DNA from: Camelus dromedarius
Lineage: Eukaryota
Assembly (NCBI RefSeq): GCF_036321535.1
Contig: NC_087454.1
Span: forward strand, 27,032,001-27,096,000
DNA: 64,000 nt
Direction of reading: 5' to 3'
Both the position numbers and the translations under genes were made by a program. Numbering within the stretch: the stretch's first letter is position 1; the number at the start of each line of letters is the position of its first letter. A model generated the notes under the pieces. It made no database searches and was not told where the DNA came from. It saw only the letters and a program-made list of their open reading frames with translations. Below are positions 46,601 through 58,500 of this stretch, piece after piece.

Positions 46601-47866
46601 CCTTGAAATGTTTTAGAAAGTACAGCATTTTTTACTTGCCAAACGTGTGTTCATTCAATAATAATCTTTTAAATACAAAGAGCTAATGTGTTAAGCATTA
46701 GGGGGAATATAGACATATAAAAAAGTTCTTAACTGTTAAAGAGTTTTCAATCAAAATGGAGTGTCATTTTCACAAATAAATACAATACAAAGCAGTAAGA
46801 AATTGCTTTTTTAAAGACTGAGATCAGAATCACCAGTGGAGACTGATTCAGTAAGCCTGAACTGTAGTCCGAGCAACTGTTTCAGAAGCTCCTCATGTGC
46901 TTCTACTACACATCTATAATTTAAAATCATTAGTAAAAGTCATGGGAGGGGTCTGTAAGGAAGAAGAGGTTCTAAACTACTTTGAAGAATAAGTACAATA
47001 CGGTTAAAAAGAGGATCTTGAATGCCAAGCTCATACCTATGGACTTTGCTAAGCACTTCAGAGTTATTAAAGGTTTCAGAGAAGTGGAGTCTTATTATCA
47101 AGAAAGATTTCTGATAGAGGAAAAAGAAATTAAAAACTTTTACAAGAATTCAAGTTTGGTGTGATAAGATGCAAACTAGAGGCCATTTTTGTAAAGGAAA
47201 AACTCAACCTGCATAGTTAAAAGGACTCGGTGGGAGGAATCTTCTCTATACATGCATATCTTATTTAACAATTAAATATAACAGGAGGTCAAAAGATGCT
47301 CTAGCCAGAGCAGATGAATTAAAATGCTTTCAAAACTCACGCTGATTTAACAGTTCCTGCACCCCTCCAAATTTCTTCTTGAAGAGGACAGCTATCCCAG
47401 CGCCCATTCGACAGTCCTCACTGATACAGTGGGCTAAAGAGTCTGTTTTGGGGCATGCAAAAAGGTCTCCTTTCACGTAAGTAATCTAAAACGTGCAAAG
47501 GTAAAGAAAATGTTTTATTAGATACAGAAAAACACTAAGCTATTTCTTTTCCTTTACTGTGCCCCCCACCACTACCCCTCCCCAGCCCCTCCTTGATTTA
47601 AAGACAAATCCTTGGAATTTAATTTAAGAAGTTATCTAAAGCAAATTAAAGCATATGTAAAGAAAGTGATGGATGGTCTCTGGCTAGGATTGTATTAGCC
47701 TTTCTGAAGTAAATCAGCAGGGAGAGGGGAGACAATTCAATTATTGGTTTAATTAAAAAGTGTTTATGCTTTTGACCTCAATTATTCTGAATTTCAGTTC
47801 ACCAATAAGTTAATAGTTGTTACGCACTCTGCTTCCTTCTGAATCTTCATTAGGACTGCTGGCCAT
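43533..47866 (-). CDS. OARD1: O-acyl-ADP-ribose deacylase 1 / TARG1 (macrodomain), 152 aa; complement(join(47828..47866,47341..47485,46263..46321,45167..45279,43533..43635))
   Basis: 39+145+59+113+103 = 459 nt. Translation [54 protein letters not shown]...[12 protein letters not shown]...[13 protein letters not shown]...VYTL* has catalytic K84 and D125 present. Confidence 0.96.
44017..44117 (-). mobile_element. tRNA-derived SINE (camelid Vic-1-like) in the last OARD1 intron
   Basis: Minus strand GGGGGGAGGGATATAGCTCAATGGTAGAGTGCATGCTTAGAATGCATGAGATCCTGGGTTCAATCTCCAGTACTCC with an A-rich tail; A-box and B-box present. Confidence 0.8.
45167..45279 (-). CDS. OARD1: OARD1 coding exon 4 (ITKKRASH...LSMPR), GC donor
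   Basis: ACTCAG|ATT; donor CAG|GCAAGG; 113 nt, and the phase matches the next exon. Confidence 0.92.
46263..46321 (-). CDS. OARD1: OARD1 coding exon 3 ([19 protein letters not shown])
   Basis: TCTTAG|; donor TTG|GTAAG; 59 nt. Confidence 0.95.
47341..47485 (-). CDS. OARD1: OARD1 coding exon 2
   Basis: TTTTAG|ATT; donor C|GTGAGT; 145 nt. Confidence 0.95.
47828..47866 (-). CDS. OARD1: OARD1 coding exon 1 (exon acceptor at 47904)
   Basis: ATG at 47866; donor AGA|GTGCGT. Confidence 0.93.
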
Positions 47867-48079
47867 ACTGAGTCGCTATTCCCAGAATTTAACTGTTTCT
47901 TCAGCTGTGAGAAGGGGAAAGAAGGAAAAATGCACGCAACCTGAATATATTACATTCGGACTGCCCTGACCACCCATTTACTAATTTTTTCCCCACCGTT
48001 CATTGCGGAATGTGAGTTCATTCAAACTCTGGGAAGTAATGCAAAACTCTTCTGAGGCAAGAAAAAGAAAGAGAAAAAA

Positions 48080-50110
48080 ACCCTATGTTCCGAGGTGGCA
48101 GCGTCCTGCTCGCATTTCGCGCTTTCCTAGAGCGGAAGAAAGGCGGTCCTCAGACACGCCTCCTCCTCTTACCCGCGCCGAGAAAGGCGGATTCAGGACT
48201 GTCTCCTTTTCTCTATAAGCGTTTCCCCGTTGGGTTTGGCCCACAAGCAAAAAGGTGGGACTTAGCCACAGTCCCCTTAAGTCGCAAACAGGGAGTGTAC
48301 GGGCCAGGGGGAGTATAATGCCAGGGAGAGGGAAGGCGGCCTTTCAAGGAAGGCTCACCTCCATCTTTTGAGGGCGAGGAAGGGAAGAAGTCTAGCGAGG
48401 CCTCCCATTCTGTCTCCTACCCTAGGGCGGATCAGCCAGGGCGTAGGGCCTGTCCCGGGGTCCCATGGGAGGGAGCAGGGAGGCTCGTTCAAAGTCCCAA
48501 CATACCGGGGTTACCCTTCACCTGGAAAAGAGTCGGCCGTTAGGAGGTCCCTCCCCGCAAGGAAGGGCTCTGGTAGGTGGGAAGCAGCGGACGAGCCCAG
48601 ATGCAGAGCCAATCCCGCCACGGGTCTTAATTGCACACACCTAAGATGGCCGCCCACCACCCGGGAGCGGGGCGGAAACGAGCCCCTCTAGCTACCTAGC
48701 CAAGCCTGCACTCTTTGGTGATGGCCGCCGAACTTCCGGCGGTAAATTCCGTAGAGTATCCCGCCGCCGCCCGGGCATGCGTAACGAGACAGCCGACAGC
48801 GAGTCGGCTAGAACGGCGCTTGCGCGTTAGCCTTAGGGGTGTGTCTCCAGGGGCCGCATAGAGGCGGGAGTGGGCAGTTGGCAAAAGAGTTAGTTGGCGC
48901 CTGCGTAGTACTATGTTCAGGGCGGTATTTGAGCTAAAGGGCCTGGCGCGTCTAGAAGGCGCCTGCGTATTCCTTCACCAGGGGTGGAATCTAATCAGGA
49001 AAGTGGGCGTGGCTTCGGGCGACGCCTGCGCGGTGCTCCTTCAACTGGGGGTGGGGCGAGCCCAGAGCTCGGGCTAGGGGGCGTGGTCTTGGAAGCGCCT
49101 GCGCAGAGGCAGNNNNNNNNNNNNNNNNNNNNNNNNNNNNNNNNNNNNNNNNNNNNNNNNNNNNNNNNNNNNNNNNNNNNNNNNNNNNNNNNNNNNNNNN
49201 NNNNNNNNNNNNNNNNNNNNNNNNNNNNNNNNNNNNNNNNNNNNNNNNNNNNNNNNNNNNNNNNNNNNNNNNNNNNNNNNNNNNNNNNNNNNNNNNNNNN
49301 NNNNNNNNNNNNNNNNNNNNNNNNNNNNNNNNNNNNNNNNNNNNNNNNNNNNNNNNNNNNNNNNNNNNNNNNNNNNNNNNNNNNNNNNNNNNNNNNNNNN
49401 NNNNCCAGCGTCCTCGGCCCGGAGCCTGCGAGCGCCCGGGGGCACTCCCGACCGAGGCCTGCAGGGGGCCGCCCCGCGCGGTGATGGCGTTCTCGGGAGC
49501 AGGCATTTCGGGGTCCAGACCCTTGCAGAGTGCTGGAGCCAGTTGGGGATGTGTCCCCGTCCCCCTGACCCTTAGGCTCAGGTTCTCAGGCCCCAGGCCT
49601 GGGGGTGGTGGGCTTGCCTCGCTTGAAGGCCCCTATGCTCAGGTATACACACAAGCGGTCCCAGGGCCTCGGCGGTTTCCTCCTGGTCGTTCCGGCCTGA
49701 CGTTTAAGCCCGCCCTTGAACTCAACACGCTCTGGCCCTCGGGACAGGAAGTCTCCCCCTGCAGGGCCCGCGTACCCCACCCCTCCATGAGCGGGTCTGC
49801 AAGCCCCTGCATTGAGAGGGAGGCCTGGGGAAGATGCGCGCCGCGGCCGTAGGGCCCCGCTTCGGCGCGGAGAGGAGCCCTGGCTGCCCCCGCCTCGGTG
49901 CTCTGCGGGCCCGCCCTTGCAGGCCCCCGGATCGGGGGAGGGGGTCCGTTAGTGCGCCTACTCGGGCCGCGCTGCGCCCCTCCTCCCAGCACGTTTGGCC
50001 CAGGTCTCCGGCCCGGCGCCGTTACCACCCCCTTTTGGCTCGTCATTTCCTCTCCTCCCCACCCCGATCTCGGGGCAGAGGCGCACACCTCCGTCTTGGA
50101 GCCCAACCAA
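48080..50110. promoter_or_regulatory. CpG island; OARD1/NFYA bidirectional promoter
   Basis: GC- and CpG-dense sequence between head-to-head genes. Motifs: CCAAT 48609-48613, YY1-like AAGATGGCCG 48643-48652, ETS ACTTCCGG 48732-48739, four NRF1-like GCGCCTGCG motifs 48897-49104. Confidence 0.9.
49113..49404. other. NFYA: Assembly gap (292 N) in the CpG island; probably hides NFYA non-coding exon 1
   Basis: Run of N at the GC-richest point of the island; no recognisable NFYA exon 1 end in the flanks. Confidence 0.75.
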
Positions 50111-52889
50111 GCGGTCTCCCTTTCTTCCCCGAGCTGTAAGGCCTGTCCATTCGGTGTCTGGAACTTTCACTGTTAGAAGATTGAGAGCCCTGTGCGTTCC
50201 TTTTCCCCGAGGCTGCACAACTTGTTTCTGTATCATTAGTCTTATCTGTTGCTCATCTTGTGAACTCTTCCTCCCCTGGGAATGTACAGTGCTTTTTCTT
50301 TCACCTTTGTGTGTCACTTTGAATGTGTCAGACACCACTAATTAGCTCAGTCCACAACATTTTTTTCGTTTGTTTTTTAGTATGTTGACGTTTTCTCAGT
50401 AGATACTTACAAATACTTAACAGTCTTACTAGGTTTTTGTGAGTGAGAGGAAATCTTCATTGACAACCAAGTATCGAACAGTTGGTATGCACCAGGCATC
50501 CATCTAAGTGCTGGGAAGAGAGTGGATAGAGAGGTCGATAAGAACCTACCTAGCCTGGTGGAAATTGACAGGTGAACAAGTAATTGGTACCTCCCGATTA
50601 GGTTACCTAGCTGATGTATAAGCTACCAACAGCCTTGGTGGAAAGCTCAACATTGCCACACTTTTGATTGGCTTTGAAGGATGATGGGATTTCTTGGGAC
50701 AAGAAAAGAGCGTTGCTCTCATGTGCAGAAGCACCAAACTGCCTTGCGTTTGAAGAGTAAGAGAGCGTAGGGCAGTGGGCAGTGGTGAGAGTTTAGGCTG
50801 GAAGCCCAGTTGGTAGAAACACTTGTCTATCTTGCTAAGGAATTTTTTTGGAAGCAGTAATTTTGTGGAGATTCAGATAGGAGAAATCTAGAAGTACTTT
50901 TTTTCCTCCTAAAATTGGAAAAATAAGTTTCTGACTTACGAGGTTCTGCTCCACAATAACAGCTGACTCTGGCAGAAGAAAGGGAGATTTTTCTCCTGGG
51001 ACTTTAAAAGCTATTTTTACTCATGTGAAACGCCTAGTGCAGCAGTCCCTGCTATGTAGAGTAGGTCTTTAGTATGTGGTGCCTGTTTTTATAATCGCAT
51101 TTATTAAGGTTATACAACTGTTAGGCTTCAGAAAACTAGTCCAGAGCTCTTTGCATTAGTAAAACTTTGGGGACAGTTTTTGTTTTCACTTTGAGGGGTG
51201 AACTTTTTCATTGTTTAAATCATTTTTTAAATTCTTATAATTCTTAAAATACCTACATCAATAGATGGGGCACCATGGCTTCGATTTTTTAAAAAACATT
51301 TACATTTGCCTTTAGGCTAGATAAATACCTTGGTACTTAAAAATGGGTATATCTAGTAACTTTAAAACCAGTAAACATTTTTGCTAGACTTCTTTCTAAA
51401 AGACAGTAATAGCCTGGTCACTTTTTTTGCCAAACCTCTCTAGAGCTTCCACCTGTCTGCAGAACCTCTTTGCCTGGAATTTTGAGAGACAATAGTCTGG
51501 GCCTTTAGCTTTCTCTTGACATGTGGCCTTTTAGTCAGCTTTCATAAGAGGAAATTTTCATGTCCTTGTTTTTGTGATCTTCCTTCGTTTGGAGTATTCC
51601 ATTCCTTCCCACATCATCACATATATAAATACTTCTCATGCTTAAGACCAAGTCAGATGCCACATTTTTCTAAAGCCTTGTCTATCCCCAGTTGGAAGAA
51701 ATCTCTGTTCTCCAAACTCCCATATTTGTTTCTCTCGTAGGGTTTCAGTGTAGATTTTTACTCCTTTGCTAAACTTAAAGACTGTTTGAAGTTGCGATCT
51801 TCATCAGAGTTTTTTTCCTTTTGTTTCTGAAACCTTCAGAACAACACGTGACAAGTGGTACATCATTAGTGGAGATTAAGGAGCAAATTAGGAACCCTAA
51901 TCCTTTTGGACCATGGGGCAGCTGGACAGCCCTTTGTTCTCTAGTTTTTTTCCAAACACAGATCAGGACCTGTTTGTTGTGAAATCAGTTTAGTGGGTCA
52001 GTGCTGATAATTTTTTACAAATAGAATAGAAAATATCACAGTGCATCTTAAACTTACAAAGATAAGTTATACTTACAAAGATAAGTATTTATGAAACTTC
52101 TGTTTGTTACTTTTTTAGTGTGTTGCATGAGCATTTGTGATACGAAATGTGTTTCTCACTGTGAATTGTCAAAAAAGTTTGAAAGCTACTGTTAATGCTA
52201 CAGTCTTCACCTGGTAGTGATTGTCAAATACAGTACTCCTGAAGGGCTTTTCACGTGCTTATGGTTGAGTTTCTAGAAATTTTAGCTTTAAAAGTTTGGG
52301 TCCATGTAGAATGGGTTCCTGAGTAGTTAGCTGCATTTTAGGTTTAGCACCTTGAAGTGGGGAGGAAGAAAAGTTCGTGCTAACCAGAGTAAACACATTT
52401 TCTCTCTTTGAGGAAAAAAACATTCAAAACTTTGGATTAGGAGCAAGAGCCAGAGACAGACTAAATCTGGCTGACTTAATTTTGTTAGAATCTTGGGCAG
52501 AGAAACACTTGAGGAAAGACGGTGTCAAATTATATTGCCATTCCGCTGAGAACACTCAATTGCAGCCTTCCCCGTTAGCAGTCTCAGTATCATGCTCCAA
52601 GCAGGATCATTCCCTCATTAATACGGCAGAGAATTGCTGTTAGACTTGAAGTTGCTTCTGTTTTTACCCTTCAAAGTGTAGTGGATTTAACTGTTTTTAA
52701 ATTGTAGCATTTGTATTACCAGGGTAAGCTGGTTAAAATCTGCATGACATTTTATTAGTTGTTTCCCTGCACTTCCAGTAAGATTAAATTTCTGGAAATT
52801 AGCTGTAAATGAAAAGATTTCATACAGGAAGGGGATTTGGGGGGGGTGGAGTGTCAAAATACAGAGGATATTCCTTCCTGATTCTTATT

Positions 52890-53170
52890 TTTTAAAATCA
52901 ACTCTTTTGAGATATAGTTTAGACACAAAGGATAATCATTTGAAGTGTACGTGTTGAATTTTGACAAATTTATACACCCATGCAACCACCACCACAATGA
53001 AAATATAAAACATTTTATCACCCTAGAAAGTTCCTGATGGTCTGACCCTGTCAACTTCTCATTTTGCCCTCTCCCCCCCCTTTTCCATTTCCAAGGAACC
53101 ACTGATCTGCTTTCTGTCTCTAGATTACTATTGCCGAGAACAGGGTTTCATATAAATGGAATCATACCAC
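52890..53170 (-). mobile_element. L1MB-like 3' end
   Basis: TTTTGAGATATAGTTT...CCATGCAACCACCACCACAAT...CCACTGATCTGCTTTCTGTC...TATAAATGGAATCATAC. Confidence 0.75.
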
Positions 53171-53471
53171 TCTTTTTTGTACCATGACCTTAATTTTTAA
53201 TTTTTTTAGTTTAGAAACATAAATGTGTGTGTTGCAGCTAGAGAAAAGATAAAGTTTAGGGAAGACCATTCACTTCCCTGGCAGAGCCACTTAGTCTGGC
53301 TGAAAATCTGTTTTTCTGAACTGTTCCCACAATCTCTCAGGAGCGAACTCAGTCAGCCAGTTCAGAAGAGACTGGTATAAAAACCAGAAAGCCAGTTTGT
53401 CAGTATGCAGTGAGAAATAACTATCAGGTTTACTTGTGTTGATGATCATATCTGCTCCCTGTTGGCTAATC

Positions 53472-53629
53472 TTTTTTTTTTTAACATTTTTTATTGATTT
53501 ATAATCATTTTACAATGTTGTGTCAAATTCCAGTGTTCAGCACAATTTTTCAGTTATTCATGGACATATACACACTCATTGTCACATTTTTTTTCTCTGT
53601 GAGTTATCATAACATTTTGTGTATATTTC
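53472..53629 (-). mobile_element. Young 5'-truncated L1 3' tail (camelid-type) with a 16-bp TSD
   Basis: Poly-T followed by AACATTTTTTATTGATTTATAATCATTTTACAATGTTGTGTCAAATTCCAG...; TSD CCCTGTTGGCTAATCT (53457-53472) / CCCTGTTGGCTCATCT (53630-53645). Confidence 0.85.
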
Positions 53630-53829
53630 CCCTGTTGGCTCATCTTTGTGTAAATCCAAGTTATAGCAAAATGTTTGCTTGGTGAGCATTTTGTTAGAGC
53701 AAGGGTAGTGAGTTGGAGAGCCATATGGCCACAGGCCATCATGCTGTGATGGCATAGTCATCCTGTCACTTGTTTATGGCTCTTATACTTTTACATCGCA
53801 TACCAATTTGGCTATGAGTAATAGGCTCA

Positions 53830-54030
53830 ATTTTTATTAGATTTTCCTCCCAACATTTTAGTATAAAAATTTGCAAACATACAGTAAAGTTGAAAGGGTT
53901 TTACAATAAACACCCATATACCCTTCATCTAGAGTCTCCCATTAATGTTGTACTGTACTTGCCTTTTCAGATATCTCTCCATCCATTCATCTGTCGATAA
54001 CACTTCTTCCTAAATATTTGGACATGCACT
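53830..54030 (-). mobile_element. Old L1 (L1MC/MD-like) 3' fragment
   Basis: AAAAATTTGCAAACATACAGTAAAGTTGAAAG...AAACACCCATATACCC. Confidence 0.55.
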
Positions 54031-54449
54031 TGAATATATTTTGACTTCTTCACACCACATTGAGACACTTTACAAGTTACTCATCTCATTTGTGGATTTG
54101 TGTAGAGCGGTGCACTGCTTTGCTGCTGTGATGTGTGGCTCATGTAGCTCATATAATTTTATCGTTTAATTTTTAGAATTTATGAAGACCTAGAGAAAAA
54201 TTGGAGGAAAGATTTATCTACATTTTGTTTATACCTGTACTTCCCCCATGTTTCCAAGGAGAATTACATACGATTTTAAGTTTTTGAATTCAAGTCTTTA
54301 TTCAAAGTTCTCAAATATCACTTCAGTTTTATCTGATTGTGCCCAAAAAGGAGTTTTCAGCTGTTAAAGTGTATGAGAAGAGTAAATTTGGGTGTTGACT
54401 GTATATTTAATGATATTAAGGACTTGTTAATTTTTTAAGTTTGAAAGAA

Positions 54450-54730
54450 TTATAGAGACACAATATCAGTGTGATAAAGTGATAAAGGCAAAAGAATCTT
54501 TTCTCTTTAGAGGTAGATGCTGTAGTATTTGTGAGGCTTGGGGATAATAAATTGCCTGGCATTTGCTTCAGAGAAATCCTGGGGTGGGTAAAAGTGGATG
54601 AGATTATGTGAAGTGAGACTGACCATCTGTTGAAAATTGTTGAAGCTGGGTGTTGGCTGTGGGTGTTCATTATATTGTCCTCACTGTTTTGGTATATATT
54701 TGAAATTTTCCATAATAAAAGTTAAAATTA
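54450..54730 (+). mobile_element. Old L1 (L1MD/ME-like) 3' end
   Basis: TTGAAAATTGTTGAAGCTGGGTG...GTTCATTATATTGTCC...TTTGAAATTTTCCATAATAAAAG. Confidence 0.7.
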
Positions 54731-55495
54731 TACAAGAAAGGGTAGGATATTATTAGGTATTCAGATTCAAGGCTGGGAAAAACTTAAAAATTCTTTCTAG
54801 AGAAAATCATAGCTGTAATATGGCATGTAAACTTTTTTTCCATATGTCTAGTCTATAAATAGTATTTTTGCCATTAGTATAATTCCTTTTTATTTTTTGC
54901 TCTGGATTAAAACACAAACTCCTAAACCTTCACTGGGGCTTTCTTAATACTACTTAATGGAGATTTTAATAAGCAAAATGTTTGACTTCGGATCTGGGTA
55001 ATTATTTACTAAGTAATAAACCCTGAAGTTTTATGTATGACAAATGTGTGGTACAAATTACAGAAACTTTATTTTCAAAAGTACATGTGCAGACCTGAAA
55101 ATCAGTGTTAAATAGGCTCTGTAACAGTGATACTGTAGCTTAATGAGAATTTCTAAGGTGCAGGTGTTTCTCTAGTAGTGTTGAAGCTTAAGGTTGCTCT
55201 TAAGAAATGACTAAGAACATTTTTTTAAATGTGTTAAATAGCATTATGGTATTGTTACTGGGATTGTGCCATGTATTCCTAGTTAAAAATGATACTGAAT
55301 ATAAACATTTCCCACTTCTCTTTTCTTGCAAATAAAGCACAGCAGTAAGTTATCAAGGTTAAGCATTGGTAAGGACTTTATTAACAATCTCATTTTACTT
55401 TTATTTTCCTACCTTTCAATAGGAGTGCATCTTGAAGTCTTCGAGGATCTCCAGAGTGAAACTCCCTGTGGACAGGACTCTGACTTGAAGGGACC

Positions 55496-55570
55496 ATGGA
55501 ACAATACACAGCGAACAGCAATAGTTCAACAGAGCAGATTGTTGTGCAGGCTGGACAGATTCAGCAGCAG
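55496..55570 (+). CDS. NFYA: NFYA exon 2 coding part (exon starts at 55423)
   Basis: Acceptor TTTCAATAG|; Kozak ACCATGG; donor CAG|GTATGG. Confidence 0.95.
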
Positions 55571-58500
55571 GTATGGAAGTAAAACAGCTTTAAACATCAC
55601 AGCAACAGAGCTAATAGCACTGCTTAGTTGTGGAATTATTTGAGAGGTTCCAGACCTTCTAAGTAATGGGTCTGGTGATTTGTGTTGAAGTGCTTTTTGA
55701 AGATTGAATTTGTTGTGATTTCTGTCCTGTTTGGAACTCTGTATCCACTCTATGACCACTTACAGTTTGGAGCCTGGTTTAATAGCAGATTGCCCCCTTT
55801 ACTAAAATTCAAAACATCTAGTCTGTTTTCACATGGAACTTTGGAATTTTTAGTTTTTCTGGAATCAATTTGGTTGCTTCTCTTACTGATTAAGCTAGCT
55901 TATGATCTTTGGCCACAGTAGACAAACCATGGTAGCTTCTAAGAAATACACTGTTCTTTGATTTGATCTGTCACAGTGCTTGTTCTGAAAAGCTCTAGTT
56001 TAACATGAAGATAATATTTAGATAGCTGCACTTACAGATAAGCACATATTAGAAAGGAATTCCCCGCTGCTGTTTTATTCCTAATTAAGATAGGTTGCTT
56101 TCTTGAATTTATACACAGATTACATTTTCTGATGCTTTGTACCTGGCTTTATTTTAGTAAAATTTCACTTGTTTTTCTTCCCTCGAAGAAGTTTATTATG
56201 CATTGATTTGACTTTAGGCCAAGATTGAGAATGTTTTATTTCCAAAATGGAACTTAGATAATACAGTAAAACAGTTTTTCTATTAACTATTAACTAATAG
56301 TTATTAGGGAGGGCAAAGGACGGTAGAAAAGGGGGTCCACAAAGGACGCTCCATTCACATCAGTGCCCTGGTGGGTGAATTCTTGTCCTCTCAGAGCTTG
56401 CTATTAGGCGATATAGAAATAAGGTTCAATCTGTGAAAACATTTCTTCTAAGGTAGTTAGTCCAATTGAGTAGGAGTAATCCTAGTTTGGGGCCATAAGA
56501 ACAGTAACCTCATGAAGGTGATTTTGGCTCATAGTGATTGCTTCCTTCCTTTTTGGTGATTGCATTTAAGTTCCAGAAATTCTTCATTGTAGCTTCTCAG
56601 CTGCAAAAACCTGATTAACTTTTTTGTTCTTGTGAACTCATTTGAGGAAATGAAAAGAGCATTAAAATAACTACAAGCAGAAGGATCAAATACCTATTTT
56701 TGGAGGGAAGGACTGTGTTAAAATTTTTTGTTTTAATGATCATGGCAGCTATTTTGATGTTTTTGAGTCATAGAAGTGTTTTGAATTCCATTCTGTGGGT
56801 CAGAGGGCTAATATCTTTAATCCTGCCACTTTCAACAAAACAGCTTCTGTATAGGGAGTTTGTATAGTTTGAAAGTCCTGTGTAGGGTGGGGCTATTGAA
56901 AGAAGATCCTCCCTCTCCCACAAGAGGTAAGGTGATCTCATGTCTTGAACTATACATTTCNNNNNNNNNNNNNNNNNNNNNNNNNNNNNNNNNNNNNNNN
57001 NNNNNNNNNNNNNNNNNNNNNNNNNNNNNNNNNNNNNNNNNNNNNNNNNNNNNNNNNNNNNNNNNNNNNNNNNNNNNNNNNNNNNNNNNNNNNNNNNNNN
57101 CTGATTCTCTGTAAGCACTGCATGAACTTCTCCTCCCCTCATGTCTGGTGCTGTCTGTGGTAGGATCTTAAGGAGGGATGGCAAAGTCAGTTGCATGTCT
57201 TTGATGCTGCTAACTTGTCTTTGAGGCTTATAAGATGCCAGTTTCCTAAGTCATGTAGTGACTCCAGTATCAATCTTCTCAAAACTGCCATTTGGCTAGT
57301 GTGTTTCTTTTGGGATGCCTGGGAAAGAATCAGTATAAGTGACAGGAAGAAATTCTTACAAGTGGCATTAGAACCTGTTTAGAGCTCAGACTCTAGTCAG
57401 ATAGTGTGGTAAATTTTCTTGAATTTGTATTTATAATAGTGAAGAAGAGATGAGAATACATACGTATCTACTAGGCTAGATTGTGCTGTATTTTTATTCA
57501 AAGGACAACTCAGCTGTAAATAATGTTTATACTTGACAAGATTTAGCTAATCACTGAATCTTGTTAATCTCTTAACTGCTATCTTTTCACTACCTTTCCT
57601 GGGGAAATCATGACCTGTCTTATTAGATCTGCAAAGATTGCCCCATAGCTCTTGGTTGGACGGAGATGGCATATGCTTTCTACAGGTCTTAGGTGTTACA
57701 ACCACTATAAGAATTCCTGTTTAAACAGTGCAGTTCCCTAACATGTATGGCCAAGTTAAATAAATTAGGGTTATATTTTAGCCAGTTCCAGAGTAGAAGC
57801 ATAAGTCTTCTCTGTGTTTATAGATTACTTTAACTAAATGAACATATTTTTTAGAAATTAGCAAGATTGGAGTGCCCTGCCTTTTTTCCTCCATTGGATG
57901 GAAGTGATTCAAAGTAGGACCTAGAATGTAGAACTGGCATCTCATTTTATTATTAATACTGCTTGGCAAGCATCCTGCAGTTAACTACCCCTTATTATAC
58001 TCATTTCACTTCACCCTTCCAGCCCCACCCCCAATCCTGCTGCCCATGGTGTTTGATGATGATACACAGCCAATTCTGAACATAAATTAAGCTAAAAGAA
58101 GCTGAGCTTGTAGGTACTCCCAGACTGTATTCAAATCTCAGAGTTCAACAGCTTGTTACTCGTGTTTTTCATGCTTGCTTCATCTTATTGACATAAAGCA
58201 GTCTTGTCATTAACCACTTGTGGAATGGGAATGTAACATGCTCTTAACTGGATGGCTTCTTGTCTGATGCATGTGTCCTTGTAATCCTTTATATATTCTA
58301 AAAACAATGGGCTCCTTGGAGTCTCAAATGGTTTATCATGTGCATACATAGCGTATCAGTGAGGGGAGAAGTTAAGATGATGGATAGCCAGAAAATTATT
58401 AATAGTTGTACTATAAAACTTGTGTTTCTTACTTACACAGATTTTATTCAAAGAAATAGAAGCACTTTATGGAAATAATGGAAACTTTTTCTTTAGGGCC

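Noticed and set aside
48984-50345. Several 100-170 aa ORFs across the CpG island
   Set aside because: GC-rich sequence is stop-poor, some ORFs run through Ns, and the Pro/Gly/Arg-rich translations have no recognisable domains
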